Positions 61,220 to 64,000 of a stretch of DNA of 64,000 bases are shown piece after piece. The notes beneath the pieces were generated by a model that searched no databases, was not told the DNA's origin, and saw only the letters and a program-made list of their open reading frames with translations. Positions within the stretch are counted from its first letter, which is position 1. The number at the start of each line of letters is the position of its first letter. This DNA is from an uncultured Verrucomicrobiae bacterium. GTDB taxonomy: Bacteria; Verrucomicrobiota; Verrucomicrobiia; Chthoniobacterales; JAFAMB01. The DNA is taken from NCBI GenBank assembly GCA_963762565.1, contig CAVXLD010000007.1, forward strand, positions 352,001 to 416,000, given 5' to 3'. The position numbers and the translations under genes were made by a program.

Positions 61220-61338
61220 GGGGAGGGCGCGCGTCCCCGCGCGCCGCGAGGACGTGTGCTGCCTAAAGCTATACTATCGCCCACAAACTCGCCACGCGCT
61301 GGGCTTCGATACGGATCGCGGGGACGCGATCCCTCCCC
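61220..61338. repeat. REP-like doublet
   Basis: GGGGAGGGCGCGCGTCCCCGCG and near reverse complement CGCGGGGACGCGATCCCTCCCC. Confidence 0.7.
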
Positions 61339-61386
61339 AGAAACGGCCCCCCGTGTTCATTAGGAGAACGAGGACGATCCACCGAA

Positions 61387-63054
61387 TTACAGCGGCAAAG
61401 TAAGGATCAGGATTTGGACCAGAAACACCCGCATGATCATGACAAGAGGATACACCGCCGCGTAAGCGGTGAGCGGACGGTCTGACTCCGTGAAACTAGT
61501 GGCAAAGGCTAAAGCGGGAGGATCGGTCATGCTGCCGGCCAGAACACCACAGAGGGTCGGAAAATCGATACACAGAAACTTTCGGGCAACGAAGCCGACG
61601 GCAAGAAGTGGGACCAGGGTAAGACAAGCGCCCCCCAACAACCAGGCCAAGCCGTTGCCGGAAAACAAGACTTCCAAAAAATGACCTCCCGCTTTCAACC
61701 CGACACAGGCAAGAAAAAGCGCAATACCAATTTCTCTGATCACGAGATTGGCGGCGGGGGTCATGTACCAAATCAATGGGCCTACTCTGCCGACTCGGCT
61801 TAAGCAGAGCGCCACAATGAGTGGTCCGCCAGCCAACCCTAGCCGCACCGGCGCCGGCATGCCGGGCAATACGATCGGCAGACTGCCAAGAACCACACCC
61901 AACATCAATCCTACAAACACGGGAACAATGTGCGGTAAATTTAAGGCCTCGAGCTTGTTCCCCACGATTTCACCGACCTTGCCTACACCAGCAGTGGATC
62001 CTACCACAAACAGCGAATCACCAAATTGCAAACGCGCGTGTTCAGTAGCGGGGAATTCGATCCCTGCTCGAGTGATCCGAGTCACAACCGTGCCATAAGA
62101 GTGTTCAAAGTTCAGTTCTCTCAACGTTTTTCCCAACACTGCCCGCTTGGTCACATACAATCGTTCGGTGGTGAGTTCGCTTGGGACATCGGCCAAACTG
62201 ATGGCACTCTTTGTACCGATGATCGTTTCGAACTCTGCCAGTTTAGCTCGGGCGCCAACGAGTCGCACGGAATCTCCGACGCGAATCACTGAGCCGACTT
62301 CGGGTACTACCACTTTGCCGTTACGACAAAGCCGGGAGAAGACGATGTCCGCCTCGGTTACAAAGGGCAAATCGCGGATCGGGACACCGTCGAGGTTTGG
62401 GTTTCGAACCTCGATATCAAGGAAATCGGTTGTGGATGTGTCTCCATTGGAGTCGCCAAGCGCGTTTGGTTCGAGACCAGATGATGCGGAGAACGTTCTT
62501 CGGAATAACAACATCGAAAGGATAATCCCGACCACTCCAAAGGGATAGGCAATGGCGTAAGCCATTCCCAATAGATCGCCACTTCCGGCAGGGACTCCTT
62601 TGACGGTCAGCAATGCTGCCTGGCCCGCAGCTAAACTCGGAGTGTTGGTAGTGGCCCCGGAAAACAACCCTGCGACTGCCGGCACAGAGAAGTGAAGCAA
62701 GAAACGATACCCGACGACAAGAATGCCGCCCAAAAGAACAATGCTTGCTCCGAGAATGTTAAGTTCCAGTCCTTGCCTTTTTAATGAGGAAAAGAAACTC
62801 GGTCCGACCTGAAGACCGACGGTGTAAACAAAGAGAATTAGCCCGAAATCTCGGGCGAATTCGAGGATGCTGGTATCGATGTGTAGTCCAGCCTGACCTA
62901 GAAAAAGACCGGCAAACAAGACGCCGGCTGTCCCCAACCGTACGCCCCGGACGCCAGGACTGCCGAGGGCTAAGCCCACAGCAATGACCAAGCTTAGAGC
63001 GAGAACAGCCTTAGCGACTGCTCCCTGGGCCAAATAATCGATCCAATCAAACAT
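61387..63054 (-). CDS. AspT/YidE/YbjL-family transporter with two TrkA-C domains
   Basis: GLILFVYTVGLQVGP.FF, SGATTNTP, LGLAGGPL, GSMTDPPALAFA, YAAVYP. Confidence 0.92.
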   Translation of the reverse strand: MFDWIDYLAQGAVAKAVLALSLVIAVGLALGSPGVRGVRLGTAGVLFAGLFLGQAGLHIDTSILEFARDFGLILFVYTVGLQVGPSFFSSLKRQGLELNILGASIVLLGGILVVGYRFLLHFSVPAVAGLFSGATTNTPSLAAGQAALLTVKGVPAGSGDLLGMAYAIAYPFGVVGIILSMLLFRRTFSASSGLEPNALGDSNGDTSTTDFLDIEVRNPNLDGVPIRDLPFVTEADIVFSRLCRNGKVVVPEVGSVIRVGDSVRLVGARAKLAEFETIIGTKSAISLADVPSELTTERLYVTKRAVLGKTLRELNFEHSYGTVVTRITRAGIEFPATEHARLQFGDSLFVVGSTAGVGKVGEIVGNKLEALNLPHIVPVFVGLMLGVVLGSLPIVLPGMPAPVRLGLAGGPLIVALCLSRVGRVGPLIWYMTPAANLVIREIGIALFLACVGLKAGGHFLEVLFSGNGLAWLLGGACLTLVPLLAVGFVARKFLCIDFPTLCGVLAGSMTDPPALAFATSFTESDRPLTAYAAVYPLVMIMRVFLVQILILTLPL

Positions 63055-63181
63055 TGTCTAGATGTGCTATCAATCAACGCTCTTGCCACAAGGGTGGGGA
63101 ATGACGATCAGCCGGTTAGTTGGGGAACCGTCTTGGGTCGTCCCATCATTGGCTGCATGACTGACTTATTTATGTAATCAG

Positions 63182-63679
63182 CTATTTTACCACCACGGTC
63201 GGACAAGGCGCGTGCTCAAGACTTTTCTCTGCGTAACTACCAAGCAGGAAATGCTGCCAGCCAGTTAACCCGTGCGTCGAAAGCACAAGAAGATCCGCGG
63301 GCAAGTCAGAGGCAACCTTAACGATTTCGTCTCGCGGCGAAATGGCCGTTCGCTGAATACTGTCCACTTTTAGGTACTGTCGCCTGGCTGCCTCCACCTG
63401 TTGCGAAAGTCGCTTGGCGGCTTCGCGTTGCCATCCAGCGATTTCTGCCGATGGTATTCCTTCCATTGGATAGTTTAGGGCCGATGGCTCAGGCACAACG
63501 TGCAGAATGGTAAGATGCGCCCCTAGGCCCTTAGCCAACTGAAGTGCGCAATTAACTGCTTGTAAGGCGTTGGGAGAAAAGTCGGTTGCGACTAGAATTC
63601 GTTTAAATTTGAATTGCCTATTATCGGACCGACGAGAGTGGTCTGGTACATGATTCAGGACATTGATCGCTTCGCTCAT
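63182..63679 (-). CDS. Universal stress protein (paralogue of 8284..8784)
   Basis: KRILVATDFS, HVVPEPSAL.Y.MEGIP, STHG...LLGSYAEK. Confidence 0.92.
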   Translation of the reverse strand: MSEAINVLNHVPDHSRRSDNRQFKFKRILVATDFSPNALQAVNCALQLAKGLGAHLTILHVVPEPSALNYPMEGIPSAEIAGWQREAAKRLSQQVEAARRQYLKVDSIQRTAISPRDEIVKVASDLPADLLVLSTHGLTGWQHFLLGSYAEKSLEHAPCPTVVVK

Positions 63680-63825
63680 ACTATTATGACCCTTTCTCGC
63701 AGAGATTGCTCTATAAAACGTCGACCTGCTCTCCACGGATTGGCGGGGACTACCCACCCTTTGGCTGCTGAGATTCGCCCGCATCGCTACAAGAGGCGTT
63801 GCGGACTCGAGCCGCCTGACAACGC

Positions 63826-63999
63826 TTACGCCTTTGGCCCAGAATTCACAACTTCCGGGCTGGCCTGCTGCCCAAATTTCTCGAAGTTCTTTCGAAATAG
63901 GGCAGCGAGTTTCGCAGCGGTTTCCCGATAAGCTTTCTCATCCGTCCAGGTCTTAGTCGGTCGCAGGATTTCGTCTGGCACCCCAGGGCATTTCGTAAC
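63826..63999 (-). CDS. pckA: PEP carboxykinase (ATP), C-terminal end only
   Basis: Manual translation CPGVPDEILRPTKTWTDEKAYRETAAKLAALFRKNFEKF...GPKA*. Confidence 0.8.
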   Translation of the reverse strand, partial: VTKCPGVPDEILRPTKTWTDEKAYRETAAKLAALFRKNFEKFGQQASPEVVNSGPKA

Positions 64000-64000
64000 T

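Overview
Bacterial chromosomal window of moderately high GC. A soil Verrucomicrobiota-like origin is my impression from the gene repertoire and is not proven. The window is dominated by low-oxygen central metabolism and carbon storage: K+-independent H+-pyrophosphatase, PPDK, pyruvate:ferredoxin oxidoreductase with a DHOD-like partner, aceA-aceK, prpC, the end of pckA, two ACD-GNAT (Pat-like) paralogues and four universal stress proteins. Three blocks stand out. (i) A six-gene operon joins two small periplasmic cytochromes c and a coiled-coil outer-membrane porin to a Rieske / b6-type cytochrome b / cytochrome c complex, downstream of a PocR-AraC regulator. (ii) A polyhydroxyalkanoate locus carries a duplicated phasin-phaE-phaC module, phaR, phaAB, an ABC1 kinase and two SDRs. 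It is followed by a mutA-mutB-meaB-scpB succinyl-CoA to propionyl-CoA pathway, while nearby propionate-activation genes (prpE, CoA-transferase) are broken. (iii) A nested set of mobile DNA: an IS200-type HUH transposase flanked by GTCCC-GTAG-GGAC palindromic arms, non-autonomous copies of those arms, and an ORF-less group II intron inserted precisely into one arm. Several genes are pseudogenes with internal deletions. All calls come from motif recognition by eye; no database searches were run.
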